Shown here: in pieces, positions 21,641 to 32,172 of the stretch | Position numbering within the stretch: position 1 is the first letter of the stretch | Layout of the letters: the number at the start of each line of letters is the position of its first letter | Sequence record: PQ390715.1 | Direction: 5' to 3' (one strand) | Length of the DNA: 64,000 nt | Translations under genes and position numbers: made by a program | Notes under the pieces: generated by a model | Database searches by the model: none | What the model was told of the DNA's origin: nothing | The model's input: the letters and a program-made list of their open reading frames with translations, nothing else

Positions 21641-22138
21641 TTAGTAGTTAATTAAAATTTGTTCTAACTTCCCAGCTAAACTTTTTTGGACATCTGATGG
21701 ATACTTACTAATATAATCACGGTCTATACCAACTTTAAGGTAAGTAAAATTACCAGTTACTGTTTCAGCAAATGTTCCGGTAGTTCCTTGTTGTCTAATT
21801 AAATCCCCACCATTTGGATTTAAAATAACCATATCAGTAAATTCAAGATAATAATTACAACTTTCAGTGAATTTAATTGGAAACCAATCATCATCAGTAG
21901 GATTACTAGCTAATGTAGCTAATACATAAATTCTACCAATAAAATTACGTAGTGTAAATGAAATAGTATGTAAACCTGTAGTACATCCATAGTAGCCACC
22001 ACTTGCGAGTGGTAACGTTTGTTCATTCCAGTGATAATCCAAGTTAGCTGGATACCAGCTATCAGATTCAGGAAAATCTTGCCATGAACCATCTTTTGTT
22101 TTTCTTCTGAAGAGAAAGTCTTTTGATCTTAATGCCAT
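21641..22138 (-). CDS. Hypothetical late (probably structural) protein
   Basis: 165-aa ORF, first in an operon after minus-strand TAAATA at 22171-22176. Confidence 0.6.
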   Translation of the reverse strand: MALRSKDFLFRRKTKDGSWQDFPESDSWYPANLDYHWNEQTLPLASGGYYGCTTGLHTISFTLRNFIGRIYVLATLASNPTDDDWFPIKFTESCNYYLEFTDMVILNPNGGDLIRQQGTTGTFAETVTGNFTYLKVGIDRDYISKYPSDVQKSLAGKLEQILINY

Positions 22139-22170
22139 TGTTTAAGCCCTTTTAGTAGTGAACTTTCATT

Positions 22171-22212
22171 TATTTATTAATGATAACGAAATGTATTTTG
22201 TACTGATAAATA
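22171..22212. promoter_or_regulatory. Divergent pair of late promoter boxes
   Basis: TATTTA at 22171-22176 (minus) and TAAATA at 22207-22212 (plus) between divergent structural operons. Confidence 0.55.
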
Positions 22213-22248
22213 TTGGTATATGACATTAACTCATACAAGGGAAATATT

Positions 22249-23376
22249 ATGACAATTTCATTTAACAATGGGTCCAGTGGTTCATGTAATAACTCCGGCA
22301 TCAAAAGTCTAGTTATTAATGGTGCTGGGCATTTAATTGTAACCTATGCAGATAACACAATTCAAGATTTAGGTCTTGTTGTAGGACAGAATGGCGAGAA
22401 TGGTAAAAACTTTTATCCTAATGAGATTGGTTTTGAAATTCCTTCCGAACAATTTAAAGTTGGTGAACCACTTGGGTGGTGCTACTTAAGCTTGGCTAAC
22501 AATACCAGTACTCTATACTTTAAATCAAATGATGCACAAGATCCGACAAGTACATGGATTAGTGTTGAGTTTGGTAAAGGTGATACGGGTGAAGCGGGTA
22601 AGCCGTTCCACATTGATAGTGCTGGAACTACTTTCCCAACAACTGGTCTTTTTGATAACTATACATTTTATAATACTCAAGATGGTAAACTTTATTTCTA
22701 TCAAAGTGTAACTGCTACTTGGAGTGATGGTATACCTTTCCGTGGTGAACAAGGTCCGCGTGGTCGTTTCCATATTGATAGCAGTGGTGATCAATTTCCA
22801 AGTATTGAAAATCTTCCAGTTGATTATTGTTTTTATAACAACACTGATGGAAAACTATATTATGTTGATGAAGTAACTACAACTACCCCTCCTTCAAAAG
22901 AGTGGAGTGAGGGTATTCTATTCCGTGGTAAAGAAGGTCAGCAAGGTATTCAAGGTATACAAGGCGAACCAGGTGCACCAGGTAAAGATACAATTTCTAT
23001 TAGAAATACAATAGATAGCTCATGGACTAACGCACTATTAGTTATTGGTACGTGTCCTGCTGGATATGTAGTTTCTAATATTGATGTAAACGTTATACAA
23101 CCTTATTCTCTTCCTGTAACTGATATGTTTGTACGTTTTGGTGGTGAAGCACAAGAAGATATTGGTGGGACTGTAATTGCACCAACTTCCTACTTTGATA
23201 TCAATCGTCAGATGCGTTTTATTGTTAATGAAACTAATCATGCAGCATCCGATGTTGATGAAATTATTTCATGTGTATTCAACGATTCTGTTAACAACAG
23301 TCCTTATGGAAAAATGGAAATTATTTGTACTCTTTCATGGCAAGCTCCTATCCAACCGATTCAAGATAATATTTAA
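22249..23376 (+). CDS. Structural protein with collagen-like G-X-Y segments and duplicated FP...FYN..DGKLY modules
   Basis: GKEGQQGIQGIQGEPGAPGKD, GEQGPRG and two F(H)IDS.G..FP...FYN..DGKLY repeats; start at 22249 follows AAGGG. Confidence 0.65.
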   Translation: MTISFNNGSSGSCNNSGIKSLVINGAGHLIVTYADNTIQDLGLVVGQNGENGKNFYPNEIGFEIPSEQFKVGEPLGWCYLSLANNTSTLYFKSNDAQDPTSTWISVEFGKGDTGEAGKPFHIDSAGTTFPTTGLFDNYTFYNTQDGKLYFYQSVTATWSDGIPFRGEQGPRGRFHIDSSGDQFPSIENLPVDYCFYNNTDGKLYYVDEVTTTTPPSKEWSEGILFRGKEGQQGIQGIQGEPGAPGKDTISIRNTIDSSWTNALLVIGTCPAGYVVSNIDVNVIQPYSLPVTDMFVRFGGEAQEDIGGTVIAPTSYFDINRQMRFIVNETNHAASDVDEIISCVFNDSVNNSPYGKMEIICTLSWQAPIQPIQDNI

Positions 23377-23390
23377 GGGAGGATGTCATA

Positions 23391-25532
23391 ATGGCAGTAT
23401 TTTCTAATTTTGAAGGAACTATGCAGCCCAAATTCATATTGGGGAAAAAAGGTGCTTCAATAAATTTTATCAATGATTCAGTTTCTATAAAAGATTATCT
23501 AGGAGAACAGTTCCTACCACTGAAGGTAGGAACTTCATCTGACCCTAATTCAGCAGTTAACGTAAAATATCTTGAAGATAACCCTAATGCATTATTTGGT
23601 GTTGTACCCCCTACCGATGATGTAGGAAAGAACAATAATACGTATTTTCAAATTGATGAAGATGGTATTGTTGATATTTTTGCAAAAAGTAATGGTACAT
23701 GGGTAAAATCATTATACATTAATAAAAAAGTTCTATCCAGTAAAAATGGTGGCGATTTCATCGGACTTATTACTGGAGGTACAGTTCAACAGGCCCAGTT
23801 TTATATAACACCAGAAGAATTTGGTGCTAAAGGTGATGGCGAAACTGATGACACTGCTGCTGTAAATTTATGTGCTGCTTATGCTAAAGAAAATAAAATC
23901 CAAATTCAGGCTGGTGGTAATTACCGTATCAAAACTGCAATATACCTGGAAGATGTAACTTGGTTTGGGGGAACTATTACTGGTAATGGTGGTACTATGG
24001 TATCCGTTATTAATTCCCAAATACAATTTGCAACACTTACTGGATGTTATTTAAAATTCTTCGGTGGCGATGGTAAGTTTTATTTTAATAAATTTATAAA
24101 CATCACAAGTACTGCTGCATTTTTAATGCAAGGTATGACACAACCAGGAACAATAGATTTTTGCTTTAATGAAATGACCCAATGTAAGTATGGTGTTCTT
24201 CAACAAGGTACTGGTGAGAAAATGAAGGTTGGTAGATATTCATATAACCACATACATGATATATATGGTGATGCAATTGAACTAAACGTAATTAACTCAC
24301 ATTATCCTGATGGTTTTGTGATTGAAGGAAACGTAATTGAAAACGTTGATGGTTCTAACGCTCCAATCCCACTTTCAAACTGGGGCATTGGTATTGGCGT
24401 TGCTGGTTCTGGTCCTTATGGTTTAGATGCACCAGATACACAATATGTCAGAAACTTTGTTATTAAAAATAACAGACTATATAATGTTAGACAATGTATC
24501 CACGTTGAATTAGGAATGGACTTTAAAATACTTAATAATGAAGTTTATCCATCATCTTTAGTTTCTGTTGGTACTGGATTAACCACTGCTGGTGTTATAA
24601 CTTATGGTTCGAAAGAATTCATTATTGATGGGTTGACTGGTCATTTGCTTAATGATCCTTCTATCACAAATAGAATGGTTTCAATAAACTGGGGTGTAAC
24701 TTCTGGTCGTTTTGCTGGACCACCTAGAAACTTTAAAATTTCTAATCTCTATATTCCAGAGTCTTCTATACTTGTTTATACTTCCGGTTCTGATAATTGG
24801 TTAAATAATACAGAATTGAGCAATATCACCTGTTCTAAAATCCTTTGGCGTGGTTTGCCATCATCATCTAAATTTAGTGATATTAGAACTAAAGAATTAG
24901 ATGTAATTGGTCAACACCTCTCTACCGAAGGCGAAGGTGGTGGTATCTATACTCGCTCTAAATATACTTATACTAATTGGACTAACTGTGTTGTTCAAGA
25001 TGATTGTAATGTTTCAAAATATAGTTTTTCTAAAATGTATGTAGACAGAATAGACCAATCATCTAATAACTTTAAAGTTACAACTGCAATCGATGGTACA
25101 GGACACCGTGGCCCAGTACTGATACCTGTAGTTGAGCAATATTATATTCCATACGATACTTTTCCTGGGGGACGCTATTTCTCTGAAGGCACGATTATTC
25201 ATAAACAATCGGGTGGAAAATATATTGTAACTGTTGGTGGTTCTTTTTTCGGAAAATATGACACAATTAGACAAACGGTAGCAGGACAAACATACATAGA
25301 AGCATTGGGTGTGTCATGGGGTGAAAACCAATATGCAAAAGCTGCTGGTACTGAGATCATTATATCCGGTGCTGGTGAAAATGGTGGTGATTTGAGAACG
25401 TATATAACTCGTGCAGTGTATGTTGTAAACAACGTATATAGAATTGATATTGCAGATCCTATCATAACAGCAACTGCCGCTGGTGCAGCATTAAAAGCTG
25501 CCCAACCCGTAACTTACATAACCCTACCATAA
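23391..25532 (+). CDS. Beta-helix tailspike/depolymerase, WcaM-like (putative colanic-acid degrading)
   Basis: EFGAKGDGETDDTAA beta-helix start; GDAIELNV, NWGIGIGVAG, VRNFVIKN and RQCIHVELG match remembered WcaM/phi92 colanidase motifs. Confidence 0.75.
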   Translation: MAVFSNFEGTMQPKFILGKKGASINFINDSVSIKDYLGEQFLPLKVGTSSDPNSAVNVKYLEDNPNALFGVVPPTDDVGKNNNTYFQIDEDGIVDIFAKSNGTWVKSLYINKKVLSSKNGGDFIGLITGGTVQQAQFYITPEEFGAKGDGETDDTAAVNLCAAYAKENKIQIQAGGNYRIKTAIYLEDVTWFGGTITGNGGTMVSVINSQIQFATLTGCYLKFFGGDGKFYFNKFINITSTAAFLMQGMTQPGTIDFCFNEMTQCKYGVLQQGTGEKMKVGRYSYNHIHDIYGDAIELNVINSHYPDGFVIEGNVIENVDGSNAPIPLSNWGIGIGVAGSGPYGLDAPDTQYVRNFVIKNNRLYNVRQCIHVELGMDFKILNNEVYPSSLVSVGTGLTTAGVITYGSKEFIIDGLTGHLLNDPSITNRMVSINWGVTSGRFAGPPRNFKISNLYIPESSILVYTSGSDNWLNNTELSNITCSKILWRGLPSSSKFSDIRTKELDVIGQHLSTEGEGGGIYTRSKYTYTNWTNCVVQDDCNVSKYSFSKMYVDRIDQSSNNFKVTTAIDGTGHRGPVLIPVVEQYYIPYDTFPGGRYFSEGTIIHKQSGGKYIVTVGGSFFGKYDTIRQTVAGQTYIEALGVSWGENQYAKAAGTEIIISGAGENGGDLRTYITRAVYVVNNVYRIDIADPIITATAAGAALKAAQPVTYITLP

Positions 25533-25548
25533 AGGAGATTATATTAAA

Positions 25549-26445
25549 ATGGCAGTTTTTTCTAATTTAGAAGGAACCATGAAGAAGTCCTTCATTCTTG
25601 GGAAGAATGGTGCACAGATTACCACAAATGGTAGTGTTGTGCAAATTCAAAACTACTCAGGAACACAACTTCTTCCAATTTCAGCAGGTGAACCAACTGC
25701 AAACACACACTTGGTTACATTGGGATATTTAAACGCACACAGTGGTGGTGGTAGTTCTGGTATCTTACGTGGAACAACAGCACCATCCGATTCGATCGGT
25801 CTAGATGGTGACGTTTACTTTTTGGTTGATAGTACTAATGTTCTTCAAATTTATATTAAAGATCTTGGTATTTGGAAACCATTTAAAGGTAGCTCACCTG
25901 GGACTGATAGCTCATATGTAACTACTGAAATAGTTCCTGTTTCTGCATTTACATTAGTGCCAGATACTACTGATCATTATACTTACACACTACCAGAATC
26001 AGTTCATGGTAGAGGTTCTGATATTATGATCCAACTACAAGGTGACCCAGGTAATGTTGCATTGGAATCAGTATTCCAAACCACAGTAACAGTTAGTGGT
26101 ATTGGGGATATAACAATTGATGTGATTGGTCAAATCACAGATTATGCAAGTGTTAAAGTAAACATTATAGGAGCAACAACAATGACAGTACCTTATAGTA
26201 AATTGGTAAACCAAGCAGATTGGGTTTCTAGTGATGGTGATTTTACAATCACTATTCCTGCATCTGAACACAATCAAACACCAGATAATTTGTATATTTC
26301 AATTTATGCAAATAAAACACCTGGGAGTGTTTCGTCATCTCCATTTGAATTGGTAGTGACTGATACACAAATTAGTAGTACTGGTGATGTAATCTTCACT
26401 TCTGATATTTCTTTCAGTGGTAAGATTGTCATCTCTGGTAAGTAA
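25549..26445 (+). CDS. Tail fibre/adaptor protein sharing the tailspike's N-terminal anchor
   Basis: MAVFSNLEGTMKKSFILGKNGAQI versus the tailspike's MAVFSNFEGTMQPKFILGKKGASI. Confidence 0.6.
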   Translation: MAVFSNLEGTMKKSFILGKNGAQITTNGSVVQIQNYSGTQLLPISAGEPTANTHLVTLGYLNAHSGGGSSGILRGTTAPSDSIGLDGDVYFLVDSTNVLQIYIKDLGIWKPFKGSSPGTDSSYVTTEIVPVSAFTLVPDTTDHYTYTLPESVHGRGSDIMIQLQGDPGNVALESVFQTTVTVSGIGDITIDVIGQITDYASVKVNIIGATTMTVPYSKLVNQADWVSSDGDFTITIPASEHNQTPDNLYISIYANKTPGSVSSSPFELVVTDTQISSTGDVIFTSDISFSGKIVISGK

Positions 26446-26452
26446 AAAAATT

Positions 26453-26484
26453 AACCAGACTTGTTCTAAATAAGTCTGGTTTTT
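26453..26484 (+). terminator. Intrinsic terminator
   Basis: AACCAGACTT...AAGTCTGGTT followed by a T-run. Confidence 0.75.
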
Positions 26485-26582
26485 ATTATATTTGCTTTTG
26501 TCAAATAACATATTAATTGTTGGATAACAGCATAATAAAACTAAATATATACATATTAACAAGGTTATAATGGAGGGTATAA

Positions 26583-29500
26583 ATGTACTCAATAAAAACT
26601 GACTTAGATATTACTGGTGCTGGTACGGTTGGTAAGGATCTTTTAGTCAAAGGAAATGCTGTTTTCAACAATAACCTAACTGTAAATGGTACTGTAACTT
26701 TTGCAAATGCAACTTTTACTGCCATTGAATCATCAACTGCCAACATTACATCTACTTTAGATGTAGGTGGCAAAGCAACACTTTCTGGTGGTCTTGGTGT
26801 TGAGGGTAATACTACAATCGGTAGTGCAGTTGTCGGGTCTGATACAGCAACAATTAATTCAAACGCTACCTTTAACGGTACTGTATCAGTTGGTTCTGAT
26901 TTTACACAAACTGCTGGTACAACCACTCTACAAGCAACTAAAGTTAAAAACTTAGAAGTTGCTGAAACAACAGCATTTAAAGGTAATATTACTGCTGATG
27001 TTGGGACTACTGCTGCATTTGATAAAATTACTGCTAATACCGCAGAAATTACTAATGTAAGTACAACAGATATTAGTAGTACTGGTACTGCTACATTTAA
27101 CGATGTGACAATTAGTGGTACACTTGGTGGTGAGTTTAATCTATCTGACTTAAATGCAGTAACATTGAACGTTACTGGTGCATCTAACCAACAAGGTGCA
27201 GTAACTTTCGGTGCTAACGTAACTGGTATTAACAGTACTGCTACTTTTAAAGACATTCGTATTGGTTCTAACTCTGAATCACAAACCTTCAGATTAAGCT
27301 TCCCTTACACTGCTCCTGGTAAACGCCCAACTGTTATTCTACAAAACGAAATTCAGTCCGAGCTAATGTCACCTGCAAACTTGACAGTATTGACCTCTGC
27401 TTCTTTTGGTAATGCGTCATTATCTTCTTATGGTATTACTGGTAATGGTCTAAACAAATTAGATTATCTAACAGTTTCTGGTAACAATACACAATCACCA
27501 GACACACCACTATTAGAAGTTCAAAAAGGAAAAACTAAAGTTGCTGACTTTGAAGTAACCGGAACTGCAACTATTCCAAATATCGAAAGTACTGGTACTG
27601 CTAATTTTAATAACATTAATGTTTCTGGTCTTCTTGGTGGAACGTTCCAACTAGACGATATTAATGCAGTATCTTTGAACGTTACTGGTGTAACTTCATT
27701 AGTTGGTGGTGTTACTCTTGGTTCTAATATTACTGGTTATAACAGTACTGCATCCTTTAAAGCTATCAGCTTAGGTCAAAATAGTCAAGATGCGGCAGTG
27801 AAACTAGGTTTTGGATATACTGCACCAGGTCAACGCCCAACAGTTATTCTACCTAACGAAGTTCAATCAGAAGTCGTTTCTCCTTCTACATTGAACGTTC
27901 TTAAAACAGCAACTTTCGGTAACGCTTCTCTTTCCACTTATGGTATTACTGGTAACGGTCTAAACAAACTAGATTACCTAACTATTACTGGTAACGAAAC
28001 ACAAGCTCCAGGTACACCATTCCTACAAGTTGGTGGTAAAGCAATTCTTAATGATGTTGAATTTACTGGAACAGTAACTGGACTAACTGTTGATGTTAGT
28101 GGGCAGGATCTAACACCTAATTCTGTTGTCGCGGCAGCAAATATTAAAGGTGCAACACTTGAAAGTACTGGTAACACTACCGTGGGTGCTAAACTAACTG
28201 TTACTGGTGATATTGCTGGTACAACTGCAACTCTTTCTGGTGCATTATCCGCTGGTTCAGTAAGTTCTGGTTCTATTACTGGTACAACTTCTGTATCTGC
28301 ACCAACAATTAGTGCATCTACTGAAGTAACGGCCCCTACTATCACTGCGAGTGGAACTGTAAGTGGGCAAACAATTAACGGTACTAATATTAGTGCAACA
28401 ACTCTGACTGCACCAACTATTAGTGGTAATACTAACTTTACAGAAAATGTTGATATTACTGGTAGCTTAACTGTTGGTTCTCTAGACTTGAGCACTACCG
28501 ATATTAATGCTAAATCAATCACTACTACTGCTGGTGCAACTATTGGTGGTGATTTAGTAGTTCAAGGCTCTTTTGATTTATCAGCAGCCGACCTTAATGT
28601 TAAATCATTAACTACTTCTGGTATTGTTAAAAGTAATGATCTTGTTAATGCTAACGTACTTCCAGTACTTAATAGTACTACCATAACGGCAACTACTGTT
28701 AATGCTGATGATATAACTGTTACCGGATCTGCTAATTTGGGTACAATTTACTCAAGCTCATCTGTTCTAGTTGGGTCAACTTTAACTGTAACTGGTGAAA
28801 CTACAACTGCATCGTTGGTTACCCCAACCATTTCAAATGCAAGTGGTGTCACTATTTCCAATAATACAAATGTAACTGGTGACCTAACTGTTACTGGTGC
28901 AGTTATTCCAGGCTCTATCGATCTAGCAACAACTGATGTTAATGCTAAATCCATTACTACTACTGCTGGTGCAACTATTGGTGGTAACCTAACTGTTAAT
29001 GGTACAGTAGATCTTACTACGGCTGATGTTACTGTCAAATCTTTAACTAGTACTGGTGCAATTGTTAGTAATGAATCCACAATTAGTAGTGTTCTACCTA
29101 AACTTCAAAGTACTGATGCAACTATTGCAACCCTTGGTTCAACAACTGCAAATATTACTAATTTGAATGTTACTGGTGCATCTACCGTAGCTGACGTAAC
29201 TTCTTCAGGTAAAGTTAAAGCAGTTTCTGTAGAAACCCCAACAATTAGTAACGTTGATGGTGTATCTATTTCCAATAATACATCTATTACTGGTGACCTA
29301 ACAGTTTCTGGTACAGTAACACCAGGTGCAATTGATTTGAGCACAACTGATGTAAGTGCAAAATCCATTACTACTACCGCTGGAGCAAATATTGGTGGAG
29401 ATCTTGTTGTTTCTGGTACAGTTGATTTAAGTGGTGCTGATGTATCTGTTAAATCTCTAACAAGTACTGGTATTATTACAGTTAGTAGTGCAGAAGGTAT

Positions 29501-32108
29501 CAACGTTCTACCTAAAGTTCAAAGTACTGAAGTTACAGTGTCTGCTCTAAATGCAACAAATGCAGTAGTTTCTGGTGATGTTTCAGCAGCAACAGCTTCA
29601 ATCTCAGGTGCAATTACTGGTGGGTCAGCAACACTATCTGGTGTTGGAACTGCTCTAAATGTAACTAATAACGCAACTGTTGGTGGTGTACTTACTGTTG
29701 GTTCTATTACTTCAGCGGCAGAAAATGTATCCATTACTAAAAATACCGCGATTACTGGTAATTTAGCAGTATCTGGAACACTAACTGCGGGTGTTATTGA
29801 TCTTAGCACAACTGATGTGTCTGTGAAGACATTAACTTCTCTAGGTGATGCAACCGTTCAAGGTAACTTAACTGTTGATGGTACTATTAACCTAAGTTCT
29901 GCAAACATCGTCGGTGTAACACTAGAAAGTACTGGCTCCACTACCGTAGGTACTGATTTGATACTAACTACTGGTAACATTACAGGTAGTCCATCTATTT
30001 CTGGTAACTTAGGTGTAACTGGCACTACAACTTTAACTGGTGCAACAACAGTTTCAAATACATTGAATACTGCTGGTAAACTAACAGTTAATGCTGGTGG
30101 AATTCAGGTTGTTGCTGGTGGTATACAAGTTGATTCTGGAACTATTACTGCTTCTAGTGCTAATATTTCTGGTAGCTCAACACTTAATAGTGCTACTGTA
30201 ACCACTACACTAGGTGTTACTGGTGCAGCAAGTATGAATGGTGGTTTAACTGCTTCTACATTGGATGTAACAGGTGATAGTACAGTACAAAAACTAACTG
30301 TTAAGGGTGTATTTGTTCCTGAAGGTGGTTTGGACTTATCCGGTGCTGATCTTAGTGTGAATAGCGTAACTGCGGCAACCACATTAAGTGTTACTGGTGC
30401 TAGTACTCTAACTGGTGGTGTTTCCACTTCAACTGTTACTGCATCCGGTAAGGTAACCGCACAAGAACTAAGTACTGGTACATTGGATGTAACCACAAAT
30501 GGAACTGTTGGTGGAACTTTAGGTGTAACTGGTAAAGCAACTGTTGGATCACTAGATTCAGGTGCAATCTCTGCAACATCTGGTACATTTAGTACTACAC
30601 TAGATGTGACTGGTGCAGCGACCTTTGGTAATAATGTTAACATTACTGGTACATTAACCCCAGGTGCATTGGATTTAGCTAGTACTGATGTAGTTGCTAA
30701 CAGTCTTTCTGTAGCTACAACTCTACATTCAGATGGCAACGCAACAATTGGTGGCACATTAGGCGTAACTGGTGCAGTATCTGCTCCATCAATCGCTCTT
30801 AATGGTGAAGGTGCTGCGTTAGCAGTTACTAATAACGCAACAATTGGTGGTACATTAGGTGTAACTGGTGCTACAACTTTAGGTTCTCTAACAACCTCTG
30901 GTGCAGTTAAAACTGGTGCTGATGTTATTATCGGTACTAAAATTGGCGATCAACCAGAGACAGTTCAGATTTTCCCTAATACTTACATTGCTGGCTCCTT
31001 GCGTGTAGATGGTGGTATCAACGCTGATATTGACGTTAGTGGTCAAACAATTGAACCTTATGCAGTTGTTGCGGCGGACACTATTAGTGCAGCGGGTAAT
31101 ATTACTTCTGGTGCAGAGTTGATTTCCAAATCAGCAACTATTGGTGATGTTGGTTCACAAAACAACAACTTAACAATCAATGGTAACGTAGTTAACAACG
31201 GTAACTTTACAGTAACTGGTCTACTTAACGCAACACTAAACCAAGCAAACTCTGACGTGGCTGTTAAATCATTAACTGCAACCAACAGTGTTGCTGCTGG
31301 TACTAGTATTACCGCAGGTACAAGTATTACTGCAACTGGTCTACTAAAAGGGAACACCCTTGAAGTAACTACTACTGGTTCATTTGGTGGTGCAGTAACA
31401 ATGTCAAGTGGTGCTAACATTACTGGAACCGTTGGAATTACTTCTGGTAACCTAACTGTTGGTGGTGATATTTCTGCAACAGGTACTGCAACCCTAGCAG
31501 CAACTTCAGTAACTACCATTACTACTTCTGGTGCAGCAACACTTGCTAGTGCATCTGTTACTGGAGCAGCAACAATCGGTGGTACTTTAACTGTTACTGG
31601 TTTAATGACTGCAAATGGTAGTGTTGTTTTAGGTGACGCTGCTGCTGATACATTAACTGTCAATGCAACATCTTCTTTCAAAGAAAATGCAGTATTTGAT
31701 AAAGATGTAACTGTAACTGGTCAATTAACAACTACTAATGCTGACCTAACTACTACAACAGTAACTACTAAAAAATATGATGTTATTCCTAATCAAGTAA
31801 CTTCTTCTGTTATCGCACCAACTGGTACTTGGACCCCAGACGGTACTAGCAACGTATACTTTATCACTCTAGATCAAGATACCACTCTAGCACCAATCAC
31901 TGGTCTAATCGGTGGTGGTAAAGCATCTTCAGTATACATTTATGTGAAACAAGATGCAACAGGTAATAGAAACTTTACTACTGATGGTACTTATGCGGTT
32001 GTTGATGGCACACTGAACAAAACTGCAAACTCTGTAACTATCTACCAAGTCATTTATGACGGTGTGAGTCCAGTAACAGATATGTTTATTGCACAACGTA
32101 CTGCTTAA
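26583..32108 (+). CDS. Long tail fibre protein (Thr/Gly/Val-rich beta repeats)
   Basis: 1,841 aa with repeated GNLTVTG and DLSTTDV.AKSITTTAGATIGG units and an internal ~150-aa duplication; TAAATA at 26542; followed by a chaperone-like gene. Confidence 0.75.
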   Translation: MYSIKTDLDITGAGTVGKDLLVKGNAVFNNNLTVNGTVTFANATFTAIESSTANITSTLDVGGKATLSGGLGVEGNTTIGSAVVGSDTATINSNATFNGTVSVGSDFTQTAGTTTLQATKVKNLEVAETTAFKGNITADVGTTAAFDKITANTAEITNVSTTDISSTGTATFNDVTISGTLGGEFNLSDLNAVTLNVTGASNQQGAVTFGANVTGINSTATFKDIRIGSNSESQTFRLSFPYTAPGKRPTVILQNEIQSELMSPANLTVLTSASFGNASLSSYGITGNGLNKLDYLTVSGNNTQSPDTPLLEVQKGKTKVADFEVTGTATIPNIESTGTANFNNINVSGLLGGTFQLDDINAVSLNVTGVTSLVGGVTLGSNITGYNSTASFKAISLGQNSQDAAVKLGFGYTAPGQRPTVILPNEVQSEVVSPSTLNVLKTATFGNASLSTYGITGNGLNKLDYLTITGNETQAPGTPFLQVGGKAILNDVEFTGTVTGLTVDVSGQDLTPNSVVAAANIKGATLESTGNTTVGAKLTVTGDIAGTTATLSGALSAGSVSSGSITGTTSVSAPTISASTEVTAPTITASGTVSGQTINGTNISATTLTAPTISGNTNFTENVDITGSLTVGSLDLSTTDINAKSITTTAGATIGGDLVVQGSFDLSAADLNVKSLTTSGIVKSNDLVNANVLPVLNSTTITATTVNADDITVTGSANLGTIYSSSSVLVGSTLTVTGETTTASLVTPTISNASGVTISNNTNVTGDLTVTGAVIPGSIDLATTDVNAKSITTTAGATIGGNLTVNGTVDLTTADVTVKSLTSTGAIVSNESTISSVLPKLQSTDATIATLGSTTANITNLNVTGASTVADVTSSGKVKAVSVETPTISNVDGVSISNNTSITGDLTVSGTVTPGAIDLSTTDVSAKSITTTAGANIGGDLVVSGTVDLSGADVSVKSLTSTGIITVSSAEGINVLPKVQSTEVTVSALNATNAVVSGDVSAATASISGAITGGSATLSGVGTALNVTNNATVGGVLTVGSITSAAENVSITKNTAITGNLAVSGTLTAGVIDLSTTDVSVKTLTSLGDATVQGNLTVDGTINLSSANIVGVTLESTGSTTVGTDLILTTGNITGSPSISGNLGVTGTTTLTGATTVSNTLNTAGKLTVNAGGIQVVAGGIQVDSGTITASSANISGSSTLNSATVTTTLGVTGAASMNGGLTASTLDVTGDSTVQKLTVKGVFVPEGGLDLSGADLSVNSVTAATTLSVTGASTLTGGVSTSTVTASGKVTAQELSTGTLDVTTNGTVGGTLGVTGKATVGSLDSGAISATSGTFSTTLDVTGAATFGNNVNITGTLTPGALDLASTDVVANSLSVATTLHSDGNATIGGTLGVTGAVSAPSIALNGEGAALAVTNNATIGGTLGVTGATTLGSLTTSGAVKTGADVIIGTKIGDQPETVQIFPNTYIAGSLRVDGGINADIDVSGQTIEPYAVVAADTISAAGNITSGAELISKSATIGDVGSQNNNLTINGNVVNNGNFTVTGLLNATLNQANSDVAVKSLTATNSVAAGTSITAGTSITATGLLKGNTLEVTTTGSFGGAVTMSSGANITGTVGITSGNLTVGGDISATGTATLAATSVTTITTSGAATLASASVTGAATIGGTLTVTGLMTANGSVVLGDAAADTLTVNATSSFKENAVFDKDVTVTGQLTTTNADLTTTTVTTKKYDVIPNQVTSSVIAPTGTWTPDGTSNVYFITLDQDTTLAPITGLIGGGKASSVYIYVKQDATGNRNFTTDGTYAVVDGTLNKTANSVTIYQVIYDGVSPVTDMFIAQRTA

Positions 32109-32124
32109 TAATTATAATAATAAA

Positions 32125-32149
32125 GGTGTCACTCATTTTGGGTGACACC
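32125..32149. promoter_or_regulatory. Stable hairpin between fibre and chaperone genes
   Basis: GGTGTCACTC-ATTTT-GGGTGACACC with no plus-strand U-tract. Confidence 0.5.
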
Positions 32150-32172
32150 ATCATAACAAGTGAGGTAGTTAT

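Noticed and set aside
27079-29830. Direct repeats that might suggest a CRISPR array or DGR template/variable region
   Set aside because: The repeats are in-frame and protein-coding, differences are mostly at synonymous positions rather than A-specific, there are no spacers, and no RT or cas gene is present.
26513-31681. Long minus-strand ORFs (247, 182, 110, 132, 96, 217, 207 aa) inside the long fibre gene
   Set aside because: They are antisense shadows of the repetitive ACT/GGT/GTT codon usage, which yields few reverse stops; no SD and no independent motifs.
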